From positions 36,418,969 through 36,482,968 of the forward strand of contig JARDVH010000193.1 in the NCBI GenBank assembly GCA_030324005.1: a stretch of 64,000 nt of DNA, read 5' to 3'. Positions 13,176-26,546 of this stretch are shown in pieces; position 1 is the first letter of the stretch; every line of letters starts with the position of its first letter. The notes beneath the pieces are model-generated. The model saw only the letters and a program-made list of their open reading frames with translations. It ran no database searches and had not been told where the DNA came from. The DNA is from Negaprion brevirostris (taxonomy: Eukaryota). Both the position numbers and the translations under genes were made by a program.

Positions 13176-15624
13176 CATTTTTTTCAATAATACTCAAATT
13201 GTGTACCATCAAACACCTATTACCATTTGTAAAGTTCGCGTAACCATTTGAGACCATGTAGTAATAAAACAATTTCTGGATCAAAGATATACCTGACTGT
13301 TTTAAGCATTTACAATTTAAAGAAAATATTATATTAAATAAAAGAGATGTGACATATTTTGAATGTTGAAATTACGCTCAACAACTGAAGGATCCATGAG
13401 GAGAGGAAAGGTTAACCTGGAAAAAGAGGTTCTACACTTACAATTTTTGTTCAAATTATGCAAAACCATTGGTTGTTTAAGGCCCAGAAATTAAATAGTT
13501 CAGATGCCAGGCAGATGCCAAAAATCAACAAAATAATTTTGTGGCTGAGAGAATGAGCAATTTGGCATATTACAGAAATTAAATTCCATCATCAAATTTT
13601 TGGTGCAATCATTTTGTAACTCATTTTCCAGCATAGCAACCTGAGGTTCCATTTGAGACAAGAGATCATTTTCCAAGGTTGCAAGTAACAAACTACAGTC
13701 ATAACTAACAAAGGATTAAGAGACTATTGATAGCTCATGACACCCTGCTTCCTGAGAAATATTGGTTGGTCAAGTAGCTTCAATCACTAAATCATATGAG
13801 TATTTATCAAGTTAATTTGCTGCTTTTTGTGCATTCATTTAGTAAAGTACCAGGGTTACTTAATTAATGCCTTTTGTAGCAAGTGCATGTGATAATCAGA
13901 TTTTGTTCTGAGGAAACTAAATGGAGAAAGGTCAATAAAACCAATACAATGAATATAAGCATTCCGTACAATAAAATGTTAACTCAATCCCAATACTGGG
14001 TCTATAACATGATAATAATTTCCATTCTTTACATGATATGTACTGTGATGTCAAAATTAGTCATTGTTGGACTCACTGAAGTGGCCAACAAAAGCAAAGC
14101 ATCCAACAGTAAATGCATCATACACCCAATATTGTATTCATTTTTATTCAGTATGTCAGTACTTAAAAATATTGATCTGCATCTGGTTTTATCAGTGGCT
14201 ATACACATAACAAAATCCAGGTACAACCAAGGTCATCCCAGAACGTGCTCAAGATAATAGACAAACAGAAAAACCAATAATGACTCGACAATACATCTCT
14301 TCAAAATATTTGTTTTGTGTCTACTGAATGAGCACTTGTCGATAAGGTAGCTTTAATGGATTTTTTGATAATTTATTGAAAATATTTTTAAAAATCTAAG
14401 TCTAATATTAAACATGCGAAGGATATTTTAAAGTTAATGGTAAATGGCCACAAAAATAATTTTGCCTTATTTAATCCATTCTCTGCAATTGTGGTTGTGG
14501 GCAGCTGTGTTTTCAAAACTAGAAAGAATACCAATCTTATAACAAAGTAATACATTCAGAGACAAAGTGGAAGCCTTCATCCAACAATTTAATGTCTACC
14601 CATTTCAGTGAGCACCTGTTGAGGAAAACCTTTATTAAAAGCACTGCATTCTTGTAATAAAGATCTGTGTGAATTAATTTTGATTGCTCCACAAAACTCT
14701 TGCTCTGCATTACAAATTAGGGCCTCTGATGTGGCCTGAAAATATCAGGGGAGAAGCGAGTCTGAATGAAGATTTGCTTCGACTGCAGTAATATAATCTG
14801 TGCAGTGACATTAAAATACAGCACTGGTCACACTGGTCCAGATCTCCCTGCTGTAGCAGATTGCATTGACTTAAATTACCAGGTGTTTTTTGTCCAGAAC
14901 AGAGAAATTATCTCGGCTAAAAATCTCAAAAAAAAAATGAAAGGAGCGTCTTGTTAAAGAAGGGAACATGATATTTTACATTTGGAATGAATTGATGGGT
15001 TCTATTTTCCCTGCCTACTTTTTTCGCTATTGCTTAATTTGAGCACATTACTAAATATGTTATAAACCAAACAGTGCTTACTGTTACGTTTCACAACGGT
15101 CATTAATATTTACAGGTCGAGAAGGTAAATTATTTTAATTGCCCAAACACAGTTAATCCATTGCCATCATACTCCCTTTTTATGTGTTAATTCTAACTGC
15201 TTGGTTCCTGAAAATCTTGGAGACAAATAATAATTAGAAGAGGGTAATAGCTTAGAAATCTGATGCTTATGAATTGGACAATTATTTTAAAAATACACAC
15301 TTGGAAATCACTTTGAAAACATTTGTAAAAGGATTACTCTTCTTAATGGTATTTCACCTTTGTAATTCTTTTCTGCTAGTGAAAAACAACGCATTATTGG
15401 GTTTAATTTATAAAATTAAATTACCTCGATTAACAGATGCAGCAACCGAAAAATAAGTAGGCTAATGAGAAACAGCACAAGTGTAATCCAATGCATATGC
15501 AAAGTGCTTAGAAAATCTGAATTTTCATATTTGGACTAAAGCCTTCATATTGCTGTAAGGAAATAAAATGGCACAACTAATTTAACTCACACAAAACAAT
15601 CTTTGAACACAAATTAAATTCTGA

Positions 15625-16250
15625 TGCAAATATTGCTAATATCACTCCCCGAGATATCAAGAAACGGCTGAAGACACCGGATACTGCAAAGGCAATGAGC
15701 CCTGACAATATTCCAGCAATAGTCCTGAAAAGTTGTGTTCCAGAACTTGTCATGCCCCTAGCCAAGATGTTCCAGTACAGCTACAACACTGGCATGTACT
15801 TGGCAATGTGGAAAATTGCCCAGGTATATCCTGTACATAAGAAACAGGCAAATCCATCCTAGCCAATTACGCACCATCAGACTACTCTCGATTTATCAAC
15901 AAGGGGATGGAAGGGGTCATCAACCACACTATCAAGTGGCACTTACTCAGCAATAATCTGCTCATGGATGCTCAGTTTGGTTCTGCCAGAGCAGCAGATA
16001 CCTTGGAACACCACCACCTGAAAGTTCCCCTCCAAGTCACACATCATCCTGACTTGGAAATATAACACCATTCCTTCACTGTTGCTGGGTCAAAATCCTG
16101 GAACTCTCTCCCTAACAGCAGCTAACAGATGTAGCTACACCTCAGCAATTGCAGCAGTTCAAGGAGGCACCTCACCACAACCTTCTCAAGGGCAACTAGG
16201 GATGAACAACAAATAGTGGCCTAGCCAGCAACACCCACATCTTGTAAATT
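15625..16250 (+). mobile_element. Same CR1-like family, internally deleted, with 3' tail
   Basis: gcaaaggcaatgagccctgacaatattcc...cctgtacataagaaacagg; tail ccttctcaagggcaactagggatg...cacccacatc. Confidence 0.8.
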
Positions 16251-16505
16251 TTTTTAAAAAGGCACTGTTGTGGTACAGATGAGCTTTAGACTACTGAAGA
16301 TGGAATGAGGCCAAGAGAGCTCAGTTTTCCTGNNNNNNNNNNNNNNNNNNNNNNNNNNNNNNNNNNNNNNNNNNNNNNNNNNNNNNNNNNNNNNNNNNNN
16401 NNNNNNNNNNAGGAGATAGACAAGGGCCCAATTATCTCTTTGATAACATTAAAAAGATTTCCAAAAAGTATTGCCTGATTAATGAACTTACTTAAGTAAA
16501 GTCAT

Positions 16506-17650
16506 GGGCAAGAGTTTCGTGGAGGCAGGAAGACTCCCAGACCATTAAAAATGGTGGAAAGCACCCAGATACGGAAGTCTCGTCCCCATTTTTGAAATTT
16601 CCCATGTTTGGTGAAGGTGGTGGGGTGTGACGCACAAATGCTAGAAACCAAAACTCAGTAGGGGATTTGAGTACTGCGTTCAAACAGACCCTATTTTGAC
16701 TCTTTGCAAGGATCTTAACCTACAGTGTGGGAGTCGACAATTTGGAGCAGACGTAAGGACTCTTATAGGATGGATAAGGTTTATTTAAGTGTCATGATCT
16801 GAAGGTTTTTAAATCTCCCACTCTTTAACATGAAAAACAGGCTGACGCTGTCAATAAAAGGCAAAAAAAGCCCCTGCTGAAAAGCTTTGATTGACAGGTC
16901 ATTTATTGTAGTTTAAAAACAATTGCCATTTACATAGTTTCAATAAAAAAAGAGTTTTCCCCGAAAAAAATTAAAAATAGTGTTCTTTGTTAACATTTCT
17001 CCAACAGTCATTACGAGTATTGGCTGAGCTTCAAAAGCTACAAATATCTCAACAGAGGATTCTGAATTTACAGCTTGATTAACAGATTAATGTTGTTATT
17101 AAACATTTAGCTGTATCTCATGTGGGATCTACTTTGAAATCTGTTTTTATAAGAGATTAACCACTTGAGGAGGTTTAAAATTTTGAATAGGTTTTTGAAT
17201 GGTAGATTTTTCATTATCAATTGAGAGCTGTGTTAGATTTTCAGAAGTTAATCTTTTCATCATCGCCACATGGTTCCAGAGATCTGCACATTGTAAATAC
17301 TGGGCGAGTGGCCACTTATTGCCATAGCCAAATGGGGCATGGGGGAATGAATGGGGGCATGAGTTGGCATGGAGGTGGCATGGGGTGAGGGGTGATGGTT
17401 TAGAGAGCCTATGAGTTTCTAAAATAGCTGGGACAATTTCCAGAGCACTTAGGTGAGCCTTCTAACCAGCTCGCCTCAGCAGTCAGCTGCACTCCCACCT
17501 GCCTAGGTCAGCAAAGCTAACTCTATCCCACTCCCAACTCCCCAGACTGAAAAATGAATCAAATGGAACTCTTTAAATCAATGTTGGTCTACCAAATGAG
17601 GAAATTGCCAAAATCTATCCACCTATTTCAGTAGCAAAAATACTGACCCA
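16506..17650 (+). mobile_element. ~1.1-kb TIR-type element, same family as 35330-36100
   Basis: Ends gggcaagagttt / aaaatactgaccc; internal blocks align with 35330-36100. Confidence 0.55.
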
Positions 17651-18907
17651 AGAGTCAACCTTCAGTGTGTTGTGCTAGCTTATCTTAGCTAAGTCATCAA
17701 TATGGTGTATAAGTAATCTCAACACCCCTGACTGGGCAGTGGAAAGATAACTAGGTTCCTACTACATCTGATCATTTTAATGACTTCCCTTTAAAAAGCA
17801 CATGCGAGTGAGGAAAACATATGACTCATGTTGTTCACCACGCTCAAGTGATCCACAAATATTCACTGCCAGCCTTACATGTGAGTGAGTACTTAGATGA
17901 GGTCCTGGAATCCTCACTACACCCAATATCTTCAGAAGTGGAGAGGGGAATTTTGTTTTTAACAATTTCTTGGTACTTTTTAAACTTTATCTTTGCACAT
18001 AGCAAAGTGGGTGAGAAACCAAAGCAGTTAAGGGTTCCATGTTTGAAGTGATTTCACATTCCCCTCCTGATTTGGATTTGGGTCTTTTGCTAGAAGCATT
18101 ACAATACAATTTCAAGTTCATAAAGTTGAATCTCTTTGCACCATTGAAAACTGTGCAGTATAAGTAACCTATTAACCTATTCTGTTCTATTAGGAACAGA
18201 ATAAAAGAGAAATAGGCAAGGAGCTTACATGTGGCTGGCAATGAAAGGATACTTTTAAAATAGTCTCCCTTATTCAATTCTTATTCCATGCATTTGTTGA
18301 GCATGGGTATCTCAATAAAGCATTCACAAGTGCTACCTGTCTGTCATTTGTGATAAAATCTGAAACTAGGCTTCCCATCTGTTTAAACTATTTAAAGAAT
18401 ATAGCACACTAAGGCCCACTGCCGTAATTGCTTTTTTGGACTACCTTGCAAGATGATCCATATCCCTACTTCCTGAAGCTATTAACTCTTTACACAACAG
18501 AGTAAAACAAAAATTACATACCTTCAGTGCAGCAAACAATGTGACTAGCAATTTGGTTCAACCTTTTCTAGGTAAGGTACAATGGTTAACGATACTTTCC
18601 CCCGACTCTCAAATAAGGCAAACTTTTTCCTGCCTTTCTGCAGTCTGAGCTCCTGTCACAATACTTGTAAACTTGATCTCCTTGGAATCAACAGTGGTGC
18701 GGTTTTATAAAATTTAAAAATACAATTTTCAGAGGGATAACTAAGCAAAAACAAATCTTAGTTTTCAGTAAAACTGGAAAAAATACCTGCTGCAGTGATT
18801 GTAGAGATCATGATGAGTCAATATTTTATATATGTTAAATAAAAAAGGAATAACCAAACATGTAAGCTAAGCTTACATGTTAAATATAAGCTAAATATGA
18901 ACTACAA

Positions 18908-20233
18908 TAGTGCTCCAGAACTAGCCATACTCTTAGAAAAACTTTTCCAGTACAACTACAGCACTGGCATCTACCCAACAATATACAAAATTGTACAGAT
19001 ATATCCTATCCACAAGAGGTAGGACAAACCCAATTTGGCCAATTAATGACCATAAGTTCACTCTCAATTAGCAGCAAAGTAATAGAAGTTGTCGTTGACA
19101 CAGGTATCAAGCAATTCATGCTCAGCAATAACTTATTTTTCTCAGCTCGGGTTCCACCAGCACCACATGGCTTCAAATCTCATTACAACTTTAGTCCAAA
19201 CATGGACAAGAGAGCTGCATTCCAGAGACAAATTGTTTTGAAATCAAGGCTGCATTTGATTGATTGTAGCAACAAGAGGCCCTAACAAAATTGAAGACAG
19301 TGGGAATTGGGGAGAAACCTCTCACTGAAAAACCAGGGAGTGGCATGAGGTAAATTGCTCCAATGGTGAGCTGGCAAAGACACAATGGGCTGAACGGCCT
19401 CCTTCTGTGCTATAACCATTTTGTGATTCTGGTTGGAGTCATACCTAGTGCAACAGAAGATGGTAGTTGGAGGCCAATCACTTCAGCCTCAGATCATTTC
19501 CGCAGGACCTCCACAGAGTACTGCCCTAGTCTCATCAATTTCCTTAATTACCTTCTCTCCAACAAAAGTCAAGAGTGAGGATGATTGCTGATGATTGTAC
19601 AGTTTTCAACAGTATTCCCAACTCATTAGATTTGGAAGCAGCTGTACCCATATGCAGTGTGATCTGCACAGCATCTAGGTCTGGGGTGAAAAATGACAAA
19701 AAAGCTCATGCCAAATAAATGCCATGCAATGACCAGCTCCAAGAAAACAGAAACTAGCTATCCTTGACAGGCAGTGGCATTACCATCTCGGAATTCCCCC
19801 ATTATTGACTCTCTGGAAATTACTATTAACCAGAAATTTAACTGGGCCAGTCATATAATTACTGTGGCTACAAGAGCAGGTCAAAGACTGGGAATTTTGT
19901 AGCAAGTAATTCACCTGCTGACTCCCCAAAATCTGCCCACTATCTATAAGGCACAAGTCAGGTGTGTGAGGAATACTCTCTGCTTGCTGGATGAGTGCAG
20001 CTCCAACAACGCTTGACGTTCACCACCATACAGCATAAAGCAACCTACTTCATCAGAATCCCATTCACCACCTTAAACCCTCCATAACAGTGCACTATGG
20101 CTTCAGTGTGTATCACCCACAAATTGTACTGTAGCAACTAGCCAAGGCACCTTCAACAGTAACTTCCAAACCCAAGGTCTCTGTCATACAGAAGAACAAG
20201 GGCTGAAGATGCATAAGAACATTACCACCTGCA
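18908..20233 (+). mobile_element. Second CR1-like LINE family, RT fragment (with a short nested HER1-type tail at ~19365-19430)
   Basis: gctccagaactagcc...ttccagtacaactacagcactggcatctaccca, aaatcaaggctgcatttga (DIKAAFD-like), ttgctgatgattg (FADD-like), tataaggcacaagtcagg. Confidence 0.8.
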
Positions 20234-21408
20234 CGTTAATGAAGCCTGGCCATCAACATTCATCAATGATGCAACCCACTCATGTAAGCATCTTGGCTGT
20301 TGAGAGTGGGAAATCCAGTGGCTCCCCATGGAACTGAGTTCATCAAATTAAGTAGGTGGGATTAAGTGATTAATTAAGTGATCCTGGAACCAGGCCACAA
20401 TCAACAGGTCCAGTCAGAGACAACCGAGGGGGTCTTCTGACCTGACTGTCTGCCATTCTCATAAAGGCATCATGCATTTGAAGGGTTACAGTTCACCAGG
20501 ATCTCACACATTAACAGTAGAACAGATATCAGCACTGATTATCTGACAGACACTTTATCATCACGATCTTATGTAACATCTTGCACAACTGGCATCTTCA
20601 GACCTTGCTGGGGAGGACTCAACACACACACAGGAAACCCAGGGTGACATTTATATCTAAATGCAGATGGGGAGATTGGAGCTTGGTGAAATTCAGGAGC
20701 AGTGCCAGCCCAGTGAAGCTAGCCAGCTATTAAAGATCTGAAATTGCACAAGTAGAGGCTAGGTAGCAGACTCAGAAATTCAGGGGAATGGAGTCTTGCG
20801 AAATGAAATGTTAACCTGAGAGGCATGCAGCTGTTGAGAAAATGTGATGTGGAGCAGTTTTGAAGGAATTCAGCAACTTGGACCAGAATTTTCCAGCCGT
20901 TAATGCCTTGCAGCTACTGCAAGGCAGGGTGGAAAATTTGGCATTCAGCCAAATCTTTGTTCCCTGCAGCAGGACCAGAGAATGGTTGGAAAATTCCAGC
21001 CTTAATCTCTCAAAGTGGAAGGTTTGGAGTCACTCATAAGGGAGACACAGTTTCACCAAAGTTGACTGATTCCAGTGTTCAATGATATCTGGGAGGGTTG
21101 CTGAGACAATGTGGTGTGTTTGACCATTGTTTACCTGTGAATTCACATATACCTGATCTTAACACAGAATTTTAGAATACAAGATGGACATTGTAAATTT
21201 TTAAAATCATTTTGCCTTTGTAACTTTTATTTTTGTTTATTCAAAACCCATGGAATATTGTAACTTTATTCTCTTAGCAAGTGCCTTGACTCTCAAACTT
21301 TGCCTGCTTGAAACAAGTAGTTATTGATCTCTGGGCAGATAGTACCAAATATTTGGGGAACATGTTAAGGATCTTAATAACATTTAACTCATAGGTTAAT
21401 TTATAACA
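20234..21408. mobile_element. Possible solo LTR
   Basis: Starts abruptly where the upstream LINE is cut (ccacctgca|cgttaatg), runs ~1.2 kb and ends ...ttataaca. No coding support. Confidence 0.25.
20880..21001. mobile_element. Short palindromic MITE
   Basis: ggaccagaattttccagcc ... ggttggaaaattccagcc. Confidence 0.6.
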
Positions 21409-21481
21409 CATGTCTACATATTATGGACTCCTTCGCCATTGAATAGAAATTGTTTGAATAAACTGTCACTAAAGCAGTGCT

Positions 21482-21792
21482 AAAGTTTATTTAAAGTTTA
21501 TTATTTATTAGTCACAAGTAAGCTTACATTAATATTGTGATGAAGTTACTGTGAAAATTTCCTAGTTGTTACACTCTGGCACCTGTACACTGAGGGAGAA
21601 TTTAGCATGGGCAATGCACCAAACCAGCATCCCTTTCAGACTGTGGGAGGGAACCAGAGCGCCCAGAGCAAACCCATGCAGACGGTGAGGGGAACGTACA
21701 GGTTCCACACAGATAGTGACCCAAGCCGGGATTCAAACCCAGGTCCGTGGCACTATGAGGCAGCAGTGCTAATCACTGTGCCATCGTGTCAC
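21482..21792 (-). mobile_element. tRNA-derived V-type SINE with an alternative (AATAAACTTT-ending) tail
   Basis: Reverse complement of the same SINE head and core (gggattcaaacccaggtcc, cagcagtgctaatcactgtgcc). The tail differs from the 50761 copy. Confidence 0.82.
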
Positions 21793-23492
21793 CCATTAAA
21801 AATTACAATAATAATCCACACCAATATCTTCCAAAGTGTATCACAACTTTACAATTTTTATCTAAAAGCTTGCAACAAGACACTGGCAGCAACCCTTATA
21901 GCTCATGAAGTAACTATACTAAGAACTTTTTCTGAATACACAAAATTACACACCTTCTTTCTAATGCTGTATGCTTAAAAAATGACTTTGTGATTTCTAA
22001 TAAAGAATGTATTGAAGCAAAAGTGCTAAACTACAGAAAATGTTAGTTTTGAATTTAAAATAAACCTAACAATTGTAGGCTTCTTGTAATTCGAATTTTG
22101 GTGCAGAAGTCCTTTTCTAAATCTTAACAAATGAAAATCTGAACTGTTATTTCTTTATATTCACTATGAAGTCAGCTTGTCTGACCACTAATTGGCAACA
22201 ATTCTGTAAATCCACAGGTGCCCCATTCAGGGAATCAAAATCTGGGAAGTCCTGAGCAAGCATCGGTTGAAAAGCTCTCCATGTCACGGTCCTCCTCCTT
22301 CATCAATTCAGATCATGTATTATTCGAATCATCTGCTACATCAGTGGTGCTTTTCATGTGCAGAAATTGCTGAGGCAACAATGACATTTCACTGCTCTGC
22401 AGGTGTTGCTGTGTGCTGCTAGGAACCCCTTAGTGTAGTTTAACATTGTTCCATGTAGGCACTTTGAACGCAAATACAAAGACTGCATGGCAATCAGAGA
22501 CCTTATAGGCTACAGAGAGTTAAGGGCAACCAAAAGGCCACAGCGGGAATGGATGATTAATCCATAATATTTACCTCAATGGCAACTCCAAATCTCTTTA
22601 AAAGTCATAAAGCCTGATGCCTCATTACACAGCAACGGCTTCAAAACTGTTTTCTAAAACCGCAAAACAATGATCAATAAGTTTTTTTTAAACAGTGTGA
22701 ACAAATACACTAAAGGAACTTTCAGCTCGTGTTTATCAAACTTAATGATATTATGACCTCTGCACTGTATTTCTCAATACTTAATTGAACACGAAACAAT
22801 TCCTTCAATTTCATAACTTAGCGAGTATTATGCAAGATTTTATTTCACAAAGTATTCCCCCTTTCAGTACCATCACTATAAATAACATTCAGGTTCAGTG
22901 GGAGAAGATCAATTGAACATATATTTGCTATCTGAGCTTTGGCTGCTGCTGTATTACTTCACTGTATAATCAATATTCAACCTCTTAAGTGCATAGCCAA
23001 AAGCCCACATCATCATTAGCACAAGTCAGTGTAGGTTTATTACACACCTAACAGCATGTTGTAGTCTTCCTCAGCATTACTAATTGCAACAAAAAATTCA
23101 CACACTCCAGCGGTACTTTCTACTGACACTCTGAGGGTACACTATGACTGTCTGTTAAATTGTCAGTTATTTATTTTTCCACCTGCTTCATGACAAGGTT
23201 TTTTTTTAATCTTCTGTTTGTGCATAGATTTCCCTGCAGCCACTTNNNNNNNNNNNNNNNNNNNNNNNNNNNNNNNNNNNNNNNNNNNNNNNNNNNNNNN
23301 NNNNNNNNNNNNNNNNNNNNNNNNNNNNNNNNNNNNNNNNNNNNNNNNNNNNNNNNNNNNNNNNNNNNNNNNNNNNNNNNNNNNNNNNNNNNNNNNNNNN
23401 NNNNNNNNNNNNNNNNNNNNNNNNNNNNNNNNNNNNNNNNNNNNNNNNNNAACACTCATAAACTATTTTGTGATTATTTACTACTGATGGTG

Positions 23493-23573
23493 GTCTCACA
23501 CCACCAGGTTAATGTCCAACAGGTGTATTTGGTATCATGAGCTTTTGGAGTGCTGCCCCTTCATCAGGTGAGT
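23493..23573 (-). mobile_element. Penelope-type terminal repeat containing a degenerate minimal hammerhead core
   Basis: Minus strand: tcac CTGATGA aggggcagcactcc aAAA gc TC atga taccaaatacacctgttggacattaacctggtggtgtgagac. Confidence 0.65.
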
Positions 23574-23679
23574 TTTGTGTGTACAGGGTGTTTTTACATT
23601 TGTTTGGAGAAATATTTATGATATTTATGATTCAAAATGATTCAAAAAGGAAATGGGGAGGGTGCAAGTATGTTTCCCC

Positions 23680-25655
23680 CAGGGTGATAGATAGGAATAA
23701 CGAGCCCAGAGAACCAGGGATGACCAAAGATATTCAGCATACAATGAGAAGGAAAAGAAAGGCTTTTAAAAAAGTACAAATGGAACAAATCAGTGGAGGC
23801 ATTAGTGAGGTATAGAAAGTTCAGGGTGGAACTTAAGGAAGCAATTAGGAATGCAAAGAGGGGATATGACAAAGCTCTGGCTGGTAAAAACAGGGAAAAG
23901 CCCAAGATATTCTATGTATATCAATGGGAACAGGATAACCAGTGAAACAGTAGAGCCCATTCGAAACCAAGGGGGGCAATCTGTGATGGAGCCAGAGAAC
24001 AAGAGTAGAGTGTTGAATGAATACTTCACACCCATCTTCACCCAAGAGAATGAGACAATGGTATAGAATTCAAGGAGAGAGACTGTGAGGTTCTTGAGCA
24101 AATTGACACAGGGAAGGACAAGGTATTGGAGGCGTTGGCAGTCTTAAAAGTGGATAAATCACCAGGTTCAGATGAATTGTGCCCTTGGCTGCTGTGGGAG
24201 GTGAGGGAGGAGACTGCAGGAGATCTGACCCAAGTTTTTAATTCCTCTCTGACCATGGCAGTGGTGCCAGAGAATTGGAGAACAGCTAATGTGGTTCCAC
24301 TATTTGAGAAGGGTTGCAGAGATAAATCAGGGAACTACAGACCAGTGAGTCTCATGTCAATGGTAGGGAAACTAATAGAGAAACTTCTGAAGGAGAGCAT
24401 CTATCTCCAATTGGCGAGGCAAAGTTTGATCAGGGATAGTCAGCATGGCTTCATCAGAGGTTGGTCATGCTGAGCAAATTTTATTGAATTTTTTGAGGAG
24501 GTGACCAGGTGTATAGACAAGGGTAGGGCAGACATTGTAGTTTATATAGATTTCAGCAAAGTCTTTGACAAGGTCTCACATGGGAGACTTGTAAGGAAGG
24601 TAAATTCACATCGGGTACAGGGTAGTTTGATAAAGTGGATTCAAAATTGGCTCAATTGTAGGAGACAAGAGGGTGATGCAAAAAGGTTGCTTCAGACTGC
24701 AGGCCAGTGTCCAGTGGGGTACCACAGGGATCTGTGTTGGGTCCTCTGTTATTCGTCATTTATGGCTATGTCGGGGGTAGAATTCGTAAGTTTGTGGAAG
24801 ACACAAAGATTGGACAGATGGTTAACAATGAAGCAGAGTAGAAGATATAGACAGAATGGTCAAATGGGCAGATAAGTGGTAGATGGAATTTAACCCTGAA
24901 AAGTGTGACATGATGCACTTTGGAAGAAGTAATTTAACAAGGAAGTACTCAATGAATGGTAGGACATTAGGAAGTTCTGTGGAACAAAACTTGTTTATCC
25001 ACAGATCCCTGAAAGCGGAAGGGCATGTTAGTAGGGTGGTCAAAAAGGCACATAGGACCCTTGCCTTTATCAATCGAAGCACTGATTACAAAACCAGGGA
25101 AGTCATGAGTACTGTGCACAGTTCTGGTCACCACATTATCGAAAGGATGTGATTGCACTGCAGGCAGTGCAGGGGAGATTTACCAGGATGCTGCCTGAGA
25201 TGAAACATCTAAGTCATAAAGAGAGCTTGCATAGGCTTGAGTTGTTTTTGTTGGAGCAGAGAAGAGTGAGCGGCAACCTGGTCAAGGTGTACAAGATTAT
25301 GAGAGACATGGACGGAATGGATAAGGAGCAACAGTTCCTCTTAATTGAAGAGTCAGTCACAAGAGGAGATAGGTTCAAGATGAGGGCTGGAGGTTTAGGC
25401 AGAATGTGAGGAAAAGCTTTTTTACCCAGAGAGCAGTGACAGTCTGGAATACGCTGCCTGGAAGAGTGATGGAGGTGGGTTGCCTCACATCCTTTAAAAA
25501 ATATCTGGATGAGCAATTGGCACATCATCAACATTCAGGGCTATGGGGCAAGTGCTAGCAGATGAGATTAGATGGGAGTTTGGATGTTTCTAACATGCCA
25601 ATGCAGACTCGATGGGCCGAAGGGCCTCCTCTGTGCAGTATAATTCTATGATTTA
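23680..25655 (+). mobile_element. 5'-truncated CR1-clade LINE (HER1-like) with a disrupted reverse transcriptase ORF2 and 3' tail
   Basis: ORF fragments KSPGSDELCPWLL, PENWRTANVVPLFEKG, GNYRPVSLMSMVGKLIE, QHGF, VYIDFSKVFDKVSH, MEFNPEKCDMMHFG and VQGRFTRMLP. The tail gactcgatgggccgaagggcctcctctgtgc...attctatgatt is shared with the SINEs. Confidence 0.95.
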
Positions 25656-26410
25656 CAGTAGAAGCCAAGATTTTCTGGCAAATGAAAAGCAGGGGAAAAC
25701 AATCCACTAAAATATGGCAAAATGTTATTTCTAAACATCATTGATTAATCTAAATGTTACTGCCAGTGCGTTAGAGCAGCATTTTAGTGCTGTGAATAAA
25801 ATGCCCGCAATCTTTTTACCACTTTGAAGAGTAAAATTTTCATGACGTCTTCCTCATTGATTTCCAGTTGCAATGATTGTTTGACAACTATCAAATCCAA
25901 AATACAAATTACAGAAGATTATTTTAAACGCTTATTATTCAGGTCCTGTCCAATTCAAACAATCTGATACTGATTTAACGATAGACCAATAGTTTTGACC
26001 CAGGTGGAGAAGAAAAGATGATACATCTTGGAGGCTGGTAGTGCCTGACCAATTAATATGCAGAGCAACGTGTGGGTGTCAAAGATGCAGGACTGTGTTG
26101 GCACTACAGGGTACAAATAAGTAGTGAATTTGAGACTCTTTTTTCTGCTTGCATAATGAAAGAATAATCTTTATAGTTCTTGAAATGTTACTTATTGGCT
26201 CAGTAAGGTGCTGGATAGAATGAAGGAAGAAATAACATTGGCATGGTGTTTATCAGAGAGAATAGTATTATCACACTCAAAGCATTAGAACAAGGACAGT
26301 GAAGAGAATTCTAGTCAGAAGTATGGAAAGAACATTGTGAAGTCAACACACATACCTGAGTTAGAGAAATTTTACCACTTTGGGTGGCCTTAAGATCAAA
26401 TACGGACAGA

Positions 26411-26546
26411 GGCAGGAATTCTCCGGTTTCGCACATCCTATTGCCATTGCCAGCAAGAACGAAGAATTTGGCTCATAGCCAAATCTCTGTTCACTACAAT
26501 GGGACTGGAAAATCCCAGCTGCAGGCGAGGTCGGAGAATTCTGGCC
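26411..26546. mobile_element. Short palindromic MITE
   Basis: ggcaggaattctccg ... cggagaattctggcc, flanked by (c)aga duplication. Confidence 0.65.
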
